This document shows positions 1 to 12,162 of a DNA stretch of 64,000 nt, in pieces. The stretch is from Octopus sinensis. Lineage: Eukaryota. The notes beneath the pieces are model-generated. The model worked only from the letters and a program-made list of their open reading frames with translations. It did not search any database and was not told where the DNA came from. The stretch lies in the NCBI RefSeq assembly GCF_006345805.1, contig NW_021832986.1, positions 1-64,000 of the forward strand, written 5' to 3'. Every line of letters starts with the position of its first letter. The first letter of the stretch is position 1. The translations under genes were made by a program, and so were the position numbers.

Positions 1-119
1 TATAAAACCATATTTAAAAGCCAAAAACGTGTTTTCAGTGGCGTAAAATTCCGGACACTTTTGCTATTATAGTTAAAAGAGCTAATTTTTTAAATATTTT
101 AGAAAAAATTAATGGATTC

Positions 120-988
120 TGTCACAGGTAAGTAAAAATAAGAATAACACTTAATACTATGTAATAAATATAACATATACTAAACTAAATACTAAACTTT
201 TTTATGGATACTAAAATTTTTTAAAAAACTCAACTGATTGGCTTTAAAAATATCCCTATGCGGGATTCCCCCGTAAAGTAACCAAAAATGCTTAGTTTTA
301 TTTTTTTTAAATCAAAAAATCAGTAAGTTTTTAATTTCGATAACCGTAACCCTAACCGCTTACCCTAATCCCTAACCGTAACACTAACCCTAACGCCTAA
401 CTCTAACGCCTAAACCTAACACTAACCCTAACCCAAACGCTAACCCTAACCGTAACACTAACCCTAACTCTAACGCCTAAACCTAACACTAACCCAAACG
501 CTAACCCTAACACTAACCCTAACGCCTAACACTAACCCTAAGAAGCTTATCTCTACCAAAATGGTTAAAATTGTGCTCAGCCTTAAAATTCTAATCAATA
601 AGTTTACCTCAATAGTTTTCATCTTTAATTCAGCTTCTTCAGTAGCAAAGAACCTCAAAAGATTCCCTTTTTCTAAAATAAAGACTTTTTCTCGGTCAAA
701 TTGCAAAATCTTTAAGAAGCTTCTGATGCGAAACCGTCCTTTCTTTGATAGTCCTTCGTGTAAGCAGGCGGAATCTTTATAAATTTTAATTTTTGAAAGC
801 ATTTCTTTTGATGATCCAATAAAAACCATTGTAACGTGCGATTTATTTATAATTAATTATTGATATTTAATTAATTTAATTAACGAATTATGATTTTCCA
901 ATGAAAATTAAATCAAAAAAATTATTGTTTATTAAAAATAACAACTTGGGTTCCGGCTCCGGCGTGGTTCCGCCTCTTACATGTCACA
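120..988. mobile_element. Non-autonomous TGT...ACA (Ginger-like) element inserted in the first codons of the Tc1 transposase
   Basis: Termini TGTCACAGGTAAG and rc TGTGACATGTAAG (11/13 match). 5-bp TSD GATTC at 115-119 and 989-993. The uninterrupted site ATGGATTCTTTT is seen in the second Tc1 copy near 30640. Confidence 0.8.
343..541. repeat. Degenerate telomere-like (CCCTAA)n tract, interstitial
   Basis: About 200 bp of CCCTAA, CACTAA, CTCTAA, CGCCTAA and CCGTAA variants, lying inside the 120-988 element. Confidence 0.85.
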
Positions 989-2460
989 GATTCCTTTTGT
1001 AAAGGACAAATTATTTTTTTATTACCTGCAAAATTTTTCTTATAAGAGAATTTATGATATCCTTGGGGTTCCGAAATCGACCGTTTTCGATGTTATTCGA
1101 AAATACATAAACTCAACAACCATTTATAGAAAAATGGGTCTGGAAGACCAACATTACTCATTACAAACGAAATCTAGATATTAGTGGAACTTTCTGAAGC
1201 CAATAGTGAAAAATCTAATAAAGACCTCGCTCTAAAAATGGAAACCATCTCTAAAAAAGTAATTTCCCCGCGAACAATTACCCGCAATTTAAATAAGAAT
1301 GGGATGGTTTATTTAGAAGAGTAGCAAAGAAAAAACCATTGTTTAGTAAAAAACATACTCAAAAGATATGAAATATCGAAGATATTCGTTGGTATATATG
1401 ATGAAGGATGGAGATCGGTCATTTATTCAGACGAGTGTACTTTTGAAGTTTATTATGCGCCAAAAAGAAAAATAATATACCAAAAAAGGGGGAATGAATT
1501 CAAAAATTCAAATTATCACCCAACTGTTAAGTGTGGTGGCAGCAAAATTATGGTCTGGGGATGCTTTTCATACTTTGGAATGGGTTCGTAATGTTTCATC
1601 GATAAAAAAATAAACTCAGGACAATATATAAACATTCTTGCTAACAATCAGGAAAAATCAGCCATTAAAATGTGATTAAACAGCTTCATATTCCAGCAAG
1701 ACAATGCCCCGTCATACTTCGAAAGCAACAAAGGAGTATTTTTCTGCAAACAAAATTAATTTACTCGATTGGCCGGCACAATCCCCCGATATGAATCCCA
1801 TTAAACATATTTGGTCAAAAATTGAATATGAATTATCGAGGGATGATACAGAAAATCGACCAAAAAATAAACATCAACAAAAGAATAAAATATTAGAAAT
1901 TTGGAATAAAATTCCAATTGATTTTATTCGAAAATTAATAAATTCGATGAAAACTCGTAGTTTGGAGTTATATAAATCGAGAGGAAAGCATATTCCTTAC
2001 TGATATTTTATTTTTTGACATTTGTCCGGAATTTTTTGTCTTAAAAAATCGGTTTTTGCTTTATTCTCAATATTTTAAAAAGATTTATGGATAAATATTA
2101 TAAAATTAAAAAATATAGATGATATTAGCATGCTTAAGTTTTTTCCGGATTTTAATGTCGAGGGGTGTAGGTTGGAGGTGACGTATCTTCTGGAACCATT
2201 TAAAATTGATTTACGTTCTTGCTTCCACATGTGATTTTGATGAAGGTTGTGTTGTTGACTTCTTGAGCTTTTCTTAGAGCTGAAGTTCAGCAGCCCGGAT
2301 GTGTAGTGGACTAAAAGTGCACAATCCAAAACAAAGATAAGAAACATCAAAGCATGAAATATCCTGAAGGGATCCAAATCTTTGAACTCAGTGAAGATGG
2401 AGAGGGAAGTGTAATAAGCGATTTCACATTGACAGGGGAAAATGACAGGGGAAACACAGT

Positions 2461-3915
2461 CACAGGGGTAGAAATAATAATCCTATTATTATAAAGAATG
2501 ATCCTAATATTATAAATACAAATCCCAAAAAGATAAATAACGATCCCAATATTATAAATAAAAATTACAAAGTGCGTAAAGTAAGGATAAATAACATACA
2601 GTACCGCTCAAATGTTTCGGACCACCCTATTTTTCAATTTCCATCAATCCTAAATTATTTTTATACGGTTAGAGAAACTTATTAGATAAGCTTAACATTT
2701 ATTCTATTTTAAAAACTTGGACAATATTCATGTGAGCACATTTGACGGTACTGTATGGAAGACAATGTTTGCACGAAAATACGAAAGACACTCACATTTG
2801 ATTTATTTAATCAAATTCTAAGATTAAGAAACAATATTCCTGTTAAAGAAATTTCCAAAATAGTTGATATATCACCTTCTGCAATTTACAAAATTTGTAA
2901 ATTTTCGGATGAAAATGAAAATGTTGATTTCTATGCTTATGTACGGTCTAAAGGCCCTAAGAAAAAAGATAACCGTGAAATAATTGAAAAAATTACAAAT
3001 ATTATTAATGATAATAATTTTTTGACACAATTAGGTGTTAGAGAAAAGCTTTTTACAAATCAAAACAACAGTATATCCATAAGCAGATCAAAAATCAATA
3101 GATTGTTTAAAGAATCAGATTTAACTAGAAAACGTTTGAAGAAACGTTCAAAAGTTATTCTCACACAAATTCATAAAGATTCTATCAACATTCTTTAATA
3201 AAAGTTATCAACATTCTTTAATAAAAGAATTATTTTTTTGCTGAAAGTGGATTCAACCTACATACATCCATTAATTATGGCTATTCTTTACCTAATACTG
3301 AACCCTTATTATTTCAACAAAGTTCTAAAAGCAAAAAAGTATCCTTTTGTGGAATAATGTCATCACTCAGTTTGGAGTTCTATATAATAATTGATGGTGG
3401 ATACAATGCAGAAAATTTTGAAGCATTTATACGTGAAGCTCACGGTTGTAATATTTTTCCTACTAACACTTTATTAATAATGGACACCGATACATCATTG
3501 TAATAACATAAAAAATTTATTTCGAAATCTAAATATACACGTTGAATTTTTGCCGAGTTACTCCCCACAATTAAATCCCATCGAACATTTATTTGCAAAA
3601 ATTAAAAATGATTTAAATAAAATTCGTCCGAGAGCAACAACAACAAATCAGCTAAAAGAAAACATTAAGAAAGTTGCTGATAATTTGGAAAATTTTAATT
3701 TTACCTCCTATTTCGATCATATGTGGCAATTAATATATGGATACATCAAGAATATAATTTATTGAAATTAACAGTTTGTTAACATTAACATTGAATTTTA
3801 CACGAATTATTTATAATATTGGGATCGTTATTTATCTTTTTGGGATTTGTATTTATAATATTAGGATCATTCTTTATAATAATAGGACTATTATTTATCT
3901 TTCTGGGATGCACTG
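2461..3915 (+). mobile_element. IS630/Tc1-like transposon with long TIRs built from short subrepeats; transposase pseudogene 2755-3765
   Basis: 2470-2570 is the inverse of 3805-3900. Right end reads rc CAGTGCATCCCAG with TA at 3916-3917. HTH region in ORF 2755-3198; DDE_3 motif LPSYSPQLNPIEHLFAKIK at 3550-3765. Confidence 0.85.
2599..2753. mobile_element. Tc1/pogo-type MITE inserted at the TA overlapping the transposase start codon
   Basis: TIRs CAGTACCGCTCAAATG and rc CAGTACCGTCAAATG, TA on both sides. The right TA (2754-2755) overlaps the ATG at 2755. Confidence 0.75.
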
Positions 3916-4160
3916 TAAACGGATTAAACATGACGGTCCAGTTATAATGCACCAGCTCACAGTGATATCGAAGAAGTTCTTTGAATGGAAAAATTTAATG
4001 ATTTTCACATTCTTCGTCTCTTTCCGTACAGCCCAATGCTTAACCCCATCGAAAATGTATGGTCAAAAGTAAAAGCTCACGTGAAAAGAGACATCGCTTC
4101 TAAAAAAACCAAATTTTATTCCAACAAAGAGAAATAATTGAAAAAATTACAAATATTATT

Positions 4161-4206
4161 GCTATTACGGAAACGTGCGTGGGTTCGAATCCCACTGTTG
4201 GTACCA
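4161..4206 (+). tRNA. Retroposed 3' half of a type-II tRNA (Leu-like) with mature CCA; not a functional tRNA gene
   Basis: Variable arm ACG-GAAA-CGT, T-arm GTGGG-TTCGAAT-CCCAC, 7-nt acceptor strand TGTTGGT, discriminator A, then CCA. No D-arm or 5' half upstream. Confidence 0.85.
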
Positions 4207-4667
4207 ACCAGCCGGATTGGACAGAGGGGACGGCAAACGCCCGGACGGGATGACCACCTTCCCATTCCGGAATGGCAATTGCCTGATCTGGGACGCCACG
4301 TGCGCAGACACGTGGTCCCCATCCGCTCTACTGTCATCTGCTTCTTCTTCCGGCTCGGTCGCGACCCTAGCGGAAGCCCGCAAAGTAGAAAAGTACAAGA
4401 ATCTTGCCACTCGGCATTCCTTCGTGCCTGTGGCTTTTGAGACATCAGGCGCTTCCGGTCCGCTGACCTCATGCTTCTTAAAAGACCTCGGTATCCTCAT
4501 CGCTCGGAAGAAGATGGATGCTCGCGAGTCCTCTTGGCTGAGGCGGAGGATCTCGCTCGCAATCGTGCGCGGGAACGCGCAAGCAATCCGTTCGGCTGGG
4601 TTAATTTAGTTATAAATTATTATGTTTTATACGTTTTAATTAAAAAAAATGCATTATTCAAAAAAAA
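4207..4667 (+). mobile_element. 5'-truncated CRE-type non-LTR retrotransposon (restriction-like endonuclease domain)
   Basis: PAGLDRGDGKRPDG...WDATCADT...AEARKVEKY...PVAFETSG...ISLAIVRGNA, then an A-rich tail. Probable TSD AACAAAGAGAA (4123-4133) / AACAAGGAGAA (4666-4676). Confidence 0.85.
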
Positions 4668-4934
4668 CAAGGAGAAGGCTTGTCAATTAAAGAGTATCGA
4701 ACACGGATACTTGAACAAATAATTGTAGATAGAATGAAAACCATTACGTCTAAAGATTGTGTAAGCTTTATTTCTGGAATACAGGGAAATATTGCTGACA
4801 CACTAAATATGGTTAACATAAAATTTTGAACAAAGAATCCCATTTAGTTTGCTATTGATCCCATATTGTTTGGTATTAATCCCACTTAGTTTGATGTTAA
4901 TCCAACTTAGTTTGGTGTTAATCCCATTTTGTGT

Positions 4935-5395
4935 GGGAAATGGTATAGACTTTCCTCTGGAGACAATAAGCTCCCAACAGTCTAGCGAGCTTTTTCGCAC
5001 AGATACTGAAAAAGGCGTTTGCTCAACACTGCCCACTTCCAATCGGGACAAGAATAATAATACCCATCCAGAAACCGGGCAAACGACGGGGACCCTGTGG
5101 AGCCTGAGACCGGTTGTATTAGTCACCTCTCTAAGGAAAACTTAATCGACTATTGTTCAAAGTCGAATATCAAGATCAGTTGATCGTTATCTCTCTTGCA
5201 GTCAGAGTGGCTTCAGGCCTGGAAGATCCACGGCCGATATTGTTTGGACCCATCGCTGGATCAATGCAATATGTCAGAAGTATAAACGATCCTTTCATGT
5301 CCTGGGAATCGACATGAGCAAAGCTTTTGATAGCATCAACAGGAGTAAACTTCTTATCATGTTAAAGAACATTGTAGATGAAAACAGTCTACTGT
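4935..5395 (+). pseudogene. RTE-like reverse transcriptase fragment
   Basis: SQSGFRPGRSTADIVWTHRW...LGIDMSKAFDSINR, homologous to the RT at 47986-49233. Confidence 0.8.
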
Positions 5396-6200
5396 AACAC
5401 TAATTAAATCAAAAAAATTGAAACAAAAATACAAAAAATTAAAAAAACATATAAAACCAAAACAAAAAACTCAGATATTATTAGGAATATGTACACCGAT
5501 TTTAAAACACAAAATATAGATCTCTTCAACTTGGTTATCACACTATTGATCCATTCATAATAAAACCTTCCACATTTTAAATCGAAATACAAGCAAGAAG
5601 GGACATTTTATTTATTTAAATTCTCAAGAGCACAAACATCCATATTTTACTAAAATAAATTGCAAATATAAAAATAAACAATAAAATACTAAAAAATCGA
5701 AATAAACAAAAAATACTAGAAACAAATAAATTTAATTTAAAAATTCACATGAATGAAGATTAATTAATAAAATCAATACAAATTCACTTGCAAAATAAAC
5801 TTTATCAATGATATTTTACCAGTAGTCAATTTAATTAATCTTCAAACAAATAAAAAAAACAAAATATTTTTAAAATAAACCATTAATAGCGAAAAAGTAT
5901 AAAATAAAAATTAGCAACAAGAAGCACAGCACAGAAAAAAAAATAACGTTCTTAAAACGTGATAATTTATTGTAATTAATTCGATAAATTTAGAACTTTT
6001 AAAAAATTAAATAAATAACATTTAATATTGTCAGTCCTTAGGTGCCACCGACGTCGCGGAATCGATCCGATCCGACAGTTTCTAGTTTTGAGGACAAACT
6101 CGATTCCTTTCATCGTAAACAACTCCGACTGTTGCTTGGCATCAATTAACTAAAGAAAATAACAAACAAGAATCCATACAAACATTATTAATAATCTTTC

Positions 6201-6554
6201 ATGGATCGTGATCTTCGAAAGAAAAAAACCAAAATTCTGTTTGTTGTGGATCAATGCTCTTTACATCAAATTTATTCGAATTTAATATCAATCGAAGTGC
6301 TATACTTTCCAGCAAAAACGACTACAATCCTACAACCAATGGATCAGGGAATTATCCTCTCATTTAAATCAAACTGTAACAAATTTAAATTTGAGGCGAT
6401 GTTAGACAAAATTCACAATGAAACTGATCCTGTTTATTCACATAAGAAGCTGAATTTAAAAAAAACGGATTTCTGTTTTCGCATTTTGGATGGAACAATG
6501 TTACTCAAAAAACAATTGCAAATTGTTTCAACCATGCCAAAAGATTATATGTGA
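6201..6554 (+). pseudogene. pogo/Tigger DDE_1 transposase fragment
   Basis: KILFVVDQCSLH...YFPAKTTTILQPMDQGII motif. Confidence 0.8.
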
Positions 6555-7403
6555 AGATAAAAAGCCAGAAACAGATTTAAGAATCTAAAAATACAATAAA
6601 ATGATCACGACGCTTAAAATTCTTGATCCAATAGAACAAACTGAATTTATTGCAAATCAAATTTTGATTTTTTAAAACAGAGATCAAAAATTCCGATTTA
6701 ATTTTTGAGATTAAGTCGGGTTTGTAGTTGTTATCATGCCTAATAACGACATTCCCATATGTTTGCTGCTATCGTAATAAAAATATCTTATTATCTGCAG
6801 TCGTAGCTTAAAAAATAAATCTAATTTTTTATTTTAGATAACTTAAAAATACGGCATCATTCAGCATTCGGACGTAAATGAATTAGTACCAGAGTACAAT
6901 TTAAGAATTCTAAAGGCACCCTTGAGAAGATTGTAAACGAGAGCAAATAATGAAGACCCACAGAAGCAATAAAGTGTAGAACATTTTTATCTACTGTTCC
7001 ACCTACGTCATCAAGGGGAATTCATAAGAGATTGCATTTATGGACTTTTTCTCCAATGTGATTTTCTAAGATTTTTACTTTTTAAAAGGGGACATCGCTT
7101 TTTTATTTTTCTGATGAATATTATATTAGTTTTAGATTGTATATCTTATATATTGTTTTATATTTTTTACTTATATGGGAATAACCAACTCCAAAACTGT
7201 CACATTGGTGGCCAGACTATAGGGTCCCACACAGTAGTGGTCAAACGTAATTCACAGACCAATCCGAAACAAATAATTTCATTTAAAAAACACTCATCTA
7301 CGTCTAGCAAGATATACAAGACAACTTTGGGATATCCCTACAGGTGGGCTACACATAGAAAGAGAAGTCTGTTCATACAAATTGGAATAAAACACAATAA
7401 AAA

Positions 7404-7898
7404 CTATTTCCTATTCAGTTGACATACCCTCTTAGACAAATTGAGTCCTCTCTCAGAATTCTCGATGGGATTCCTCTTTCCTTCGTTAAAAGAGCTCATA
7501 AAGGGGTGCTCGGTGAACACCATGCAAAACCTGTTGAAAATATATTCAAATAACAACCGTCCAAGACATTGAATGGTGCCGCTTTTCGGTACATAGAGAG
7601 TGAGGCAATTCCGGTAGAGAGTCACATATCTGCCATCTCACTGCATATACCAACCCTCGGTTGATGCGGAGAATATCGGAGGGGTGGATGTATTTTCCTA
7701 TCTCTCCAAACACGCACATGTTGATAGATCCTCCACGATCGGCCACTTGCATTATTCGCAGTTGTCCCCCTTCTTTGGTAGGAACCGCTCGCTCTGCAGT
7801 AAGACAAGTCTGGAACCTATTCTTAGAACTATGATGGAGAGGGATAGATTTTTCATTCCATCTTTGATGTCTCTGATAGTTAAATTGCCGTTATTCAT
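7404..7898 (-). CDS. NABP2: SOSS complex subunit B (single-stranded DNA-binding OB-fold protein), 4 exons
   Basis: Spliced product MNNGNLTIRDIKDGMKNLSLSIIVLRIERAVPTKEGGQLRIMQVADRGGSINMCVFGEIGKYIHPSDILRINRGYVTLYRNCLTLY...RFCMVFTEHP aligns by eye to hSSB1/2. GT-AG introns of 23, 25 and 27 nt restore the frame. NABP1 versus NABP2 cannot be resolved. Confidence 0.88.
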
Positions 7899-9169
7899 AT
7901 CGCCATCACAACAACACTGTCTAACTTGCTAATAATATATTTCATTAAATGAATCCACATTTAATTTATTAATTTACAGATCCTCCCTGTGAACTCCCTG
8001 ATCGAAATATTCAATTACTTGCAACTGTCGAACTTGATCTCTTTCCAACGCATATGGCGATACTTCAACCTATTGTTGCAACAGTAATCGTTTACTAGTT
8101 ATCTTAGCCATTTTTAGGGCTTGTTATTTTTTTGGGCATTTATGCGAGGGAAATTATACCAAACACCTCCACCATCAAACAATCTTTGTCCGGTTGTGCT
8201 ATGGAGTTGATCTTTTCCAAAAAACCAACGCTGTACATGCCTCTTACTGTTTCAGGGACTCGACTCCCTGTTTTCCCGGGACCTACTGACCGATGACGTC
8301 AAGAGCATTGCTCGCTTCCTTCTCAAGTCGTCCATTCGTAGCTTCGCCAAACTGTTGTTACTCGTCGGAAGGTTTCCTTAAAGTGGCCCGTCTTTAGGTT
8401 TGACGTGTTAGAATGCTTTATGACGCAACTTGATCTATCAGGCCAGCTCCTCCCAGTGCCATGAGGGACTTTTTCTCAAGTCTTCAATTCTCTGTTGAAT
8501 GCAATGGCTGGGTCAATGACTTTATTTTTAAATTGCCTGACGTTTCTGCAGTTTTAACCTGGCTGGATTTATTGCTGTTTATTAACCATCCTCCTGTCAA
8601 TCTGGCGACGTCCACATCAGTGCTTTTCAGGCACTGGTATAGAATGGTTTCTTCTCAAATTTCTCTAGCAGGTGTACAAATTGAATCTCTTTCAGTTCCT
8701 TAAATGTCAATCCCATCGCTTTGGCAATTTTGTACTTTAAAAAAACGAAATTCACATTTGTATTCATATGTGTTGTTCTTTTTTGTATGGCCCTTCGTAT
8801 TTCTGCTCTTCTTAAGTTGTTGGCTTTGTGTTCAATGTTTTCAAAAAAACTGTAGCAGCATTTGTTTAATTTTATTGCACATAGAGAATAAGACCCCGAC
8901 CAGTTTATCTTTTGTGAAATATGATTTTTGCTAATGTTTTTTGATTGTCCGTTAGGATTTGCATATAAATTACTTTTAGAAAGATTACAAATCGAACTTT
9001 AAAATTCGAAAATATATAGCGTAGTCACAAAACAGAAAAACAATTATCTGAAATAAATAGACTATCCAAGAAAATAAAAAATAGTTAATTTTATACTTAT
9101 AAAGAAAAATTTCGAATCACATCCTAAAAATTTGACGACAAAACTTTAGACAAAAATATCATTTACCAC

Positions 9170-9320
9170 CGCCAAATCGGCTGGCTGTACCAGAGGATAT
9201 CGATCGCAATCTTGCGAGGTAACTCGCTTGCAATCCGAGGTGCAGCCACTGCTGACACTTAATTAGTTATTTTGAAGAACTCTTTTTCGATTATAACAAA
9301 TTTTGTATTAAAAAAAAATA
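9170..9320 (+). mobile_element. Short CRE-type 3' fragment
   Basis: GWLYQRISIAILRGNSLAIRGAATADT*, A-tail, probable TSD TATCATTTA. Confidence 0.7.
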
Positions 9321-10326
9321 TATCATTTAAATCTAAAAAAATCGGAAGTAAAATTAAATGGGTCTAATGAGGGTTCTTCGTGCAAATAAAAATCAACAAA
9401 CCAACCTGTTTAACGAAAGAGAGAGTTACGAAAATTTCAATGACTATCGGCTGGAAGATAAAGTCTTCGCTGAGTTCTGGTATTTTGTTAGCTCTGTTTT
9501 TTTGTATGCTTTTGCTGCTAACTTTGGATCAGAAGCCGAGTTAGCGAGATTGAATTTCGAGAATGCGTTCCATTTTCACAGAAGAGCATAGGGGATTCCA
9601 ATTAAGCTGGAATGTACTCGGAATCAAAGGCGTGATTTTGTTGAGTGATTTTGTTGAGTGCTTTATGTCTCGGAAAATTCCCTGTACTGCGCCTACAAGA
9701 GAACATATCTGCCCAGTTCATTTAGAGTCGATCCACATTTGCATCCGCATGGAGAGCATATTTTAAAAAATAGATGTAGGCATATACCAACACGTAAACT
9801 CTCGTTATCAAGCTTGCAACCAATCAAAGAAAGTAAGCAGGCTTATAAAAAAACTTCAACTCGCAAAAGATATGGAAACACAAAGTGACCACCTGTTGCT
9901 TGCAAGAGATAAAAATAGCAGAAAAAGGAAGCTCTAAGATGGCAGATTACACGCTTATTATTCTTCCAAAGATCTGTCGTCACTACGGGATTTGTAATCA
10001 ATTGAAATTTAAACAAAAACGTATCCAGGGTGTGGTCCGTCTTGAATAAAATTTCATTGCTTCAAATTATAATATGTACGCGCAAATAACAGGGGGGCAT
10101 TGAAACGCCTATGTGGAAAGATATTAATTCTATCGCTAGAAAAACTTAATTAATAGCTAAATATAAAAGAATAAAAGTAATGTAAATTTTCTTATAGTTT
10201 TATAAGATAAATATAATTAATAAGTATAAAAATTAAATCTATTATATTTGTTACTATGCATACAAATAAACAACCCTGTTTTTAACTGATAGAATAATTG
10301 TTGCCCTCCGAAAATCATTTTTGTAT

Positions 10327-10515
10327 GTCGCTTCTCGGCCTTTTGGCTAAGATCAAAGTGTAGTATCTGTTCTTTCCAGCTTTATATCTGGGACGCCCTT
10401 ACACGGGGCAAGATATAATGCTTATTTTTGTGCCTTGGTATGTGCTGCGAAGCTTGCTTCCTCCATACCGCGCGTCCTCCCGGTATTGCAGTACTTCCGG
10501 GTTGGGCGCATTCCC
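10327..10515 (+). ncRNA. RNU2: U2 spliceosomal snRNA
   Basis: TCGCTTCTCGGCCTTTTGGCTAAGATCAAAGTGTAGTATCTGTTCTT with branch-site motif GUAGUA. Stem IIa pairs with compensatory changes; Sm site ATTTTTG; loop IV ATTGCAGTAC. Confidence 0.97.
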
Positions 10516-10599
10516 TTTTGGGAGTTTTTATTATTTAAATCTACTTATGCAAACTAAATGGGTTGTTTAACTCTCGTTGTTGTGGTGTTGTAATTTACA

Positions 10600-11060
10600 C
10601 AATGGGGAAAGACCTGGCACCCTACCCCGTTTCTTCTTGTTGCTTTGCAAATTTTTCTGACAAATCCTTCACGGATCCTTCTGCCCAAATTGTCAATAAC
10701 GTTAACCCTTTTCCTACTAATCTGCGCGAATCTTGAACACTGTCCAAAGCTCACAGCAAAAGAGTAGACTCACTGGAATTATAGTGCTGGCGCAAACTTT
10801 TGAACATAAATTGGTAGAACCTACACTGTCGCTTGTGGCGAAAGTTTGGAAGCAACAATTATCATATTTGGGGCACGTACTTCGGGGGAATGGTATAGGA
10901 AAAGAAATCCTGCTGTCTTCGTTCGCTGGAAAAAGGAAGTGAAACTTACCGGACATCATTTGTCGGAATTAGCAGAGCTGGTGGGGGATAGAGTTTCGTG
11001 GAGGGACTTGTCTTACAGAATCGCCAATGGCCGGAATCGGCTGATTATGGCTTAACTTAA
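10600..11060 (+). pseudogene. RTE-like LINE 3' fragment
   Basis: KQQLSYLGHVLRG...DRVSWRDL C-terminal motifs, followed by a (CTTAA)n tail. Confidence 0.7.
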
Positions 11061-11075
11061 CTTTTCAAGTTAAAG

Positions 11076-12037
11076 TTAAAGAATTTTTTGAGGTACAGCT
11101 AGACCATCTGTGAGCTGCCGTCTTTTTACGACACTGTCACCACGCAGGATAGCTAAGTGTTTAGTACGCGGTATGAAATGTTTCTCTTCCATGCCTGTGT
11201 CTTCATTGCGGATAAAAACGATGCATTTATTCTTCTGAACGCCCTTGAAATCAACAATACTATCAATCTTAGCAATTTCAGCATCTTCTCCCTGTCGACA
11301 CGCTTTCAAAAAGCTTGGCAACTTGAGGAATACCACCGGTAATATCCTTTGTTCTACTCGCACCACGAGGCAAACGTGCCAAAATTTCACCAGCGCTAGC
11401 GCTCTGTCCATCACCGACAGAAATAAAAGCCCTTGAAGGAATGGCATAGTTACCAATCAGTTGTTTCTCTCTGCATCATCTGCAACGTGGTTAACAAAAA
11501 GAAGAGGGGCCGATCTTTCTCTTCTTGTACGCAGTTCTTTCACCTTTCACGCGTTTCTCTAGCTCGCCTCACGTCAGAACGCCTTCCAACCTGGGTCTGT
11601 CGCGCCTGTCTTTCTGGCGCCTCATCATTGCCATCCCCTCTTGCCATTTCTTGTTCTTGCCATTCTCCTGACCACTTCCCTTTTCCCGACTCCATCCCCA
11701 TTTCTGAGACCTGTTCTATCTCTTTCGTTCTCAAATCTATCAAACTTTTCCGCCGTCTCCGGCCAATCCTAAGGCTCCTCGTACCCTGGCAACTTCCTCC
11801 TTGTCCTTAGCTTCTGATGGGCAATCCGATTGGCTTAAATTGTTTGGTTTTGCTTCTTTTGGCCTCGGGTTTCTTTCAGCCCGAGACCGTAATAAAACCT
11901 CCTCTCCTTCGCTATCCACGATTGTTAAACAAGAACTGGGTTTGTACGATCTGAATTGTTTTTCTCTTCGCTGGCTTGAGGACTATCTCGCTAAATCAGA
12001 GCCGTCCACTAGCCACTTCAACAACAGAAAAAGTTAA
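11076..12037 (-). mobile_element. Probable 5'/ORF1 region of a non-LTR element
   Basis: GC-richer block with a purine-rich low-complexity stretch and decayed ORFs; no diagnostic motif recognised. Confidence 0.3.
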
Positions 12038-12162
12038 AATAAAAATTTTCCTACTTGACAGAAATAAATAAATTCATTAAAACCTAAATGAAAAATGACC
12101 ATCTAGCACCCCATTTTATTTTAAGAACTTCAAAATTAATAACGGATATCAAAAAACAATTG

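Larger units (their letters stand above)
1..2167 (+). mobile_element. Tc1-family DNA transposon (IR-DR type), decayed transposase, left end outside the window
   Basis: Transposase remnants (CGGSKIMVWGCFSYFGMG; FQQDN...WPAQSPDMNPIKHIWS in ORF 1704-2003). Right TIR ...ccggattttaatgtcgaggggtg followed by TA at 2168-2169. Closely similar to the copy at 29443-30826. Confidence 0.9.
3918..4829 (+). pseudogene. C-terminal remnant of a second IS630/Tc1 transposase, split by the CRE chimera
   Basis: HILRLFPYSPMLNPIENVWSKVKAHVKR before 4120; reading resumes after 4670 (QGEGLSIKEYRTRILEQII...). Confidence 0.75.

Noticed and set aside
343-541. True chromosome end
   Set aside because: The repeat is degenerate, internal and enclosed in a TSD-flanked element.
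470-829. Six-frame ORFs over repeats or antisense to TEs (e.g. 470-829, 4116-4500, 41439-41825, 48239-48700, 56654-56980)
   Set aside because: They are shadow ORFs of repeats or of GC-richer retroelement coding strands.
9358-9950. Coding-like block (LARLNFENAF weakly resembles an RT motif)
   Set aside because: No second motif and no consistent frame; left uncalled.
10327-11060. U2-targeting retroelement (Utopia/Keno type)
   Set aside because: U2 is uninterrupted. The neighbouring fragment is RTE-like and begins downstream of the gene.
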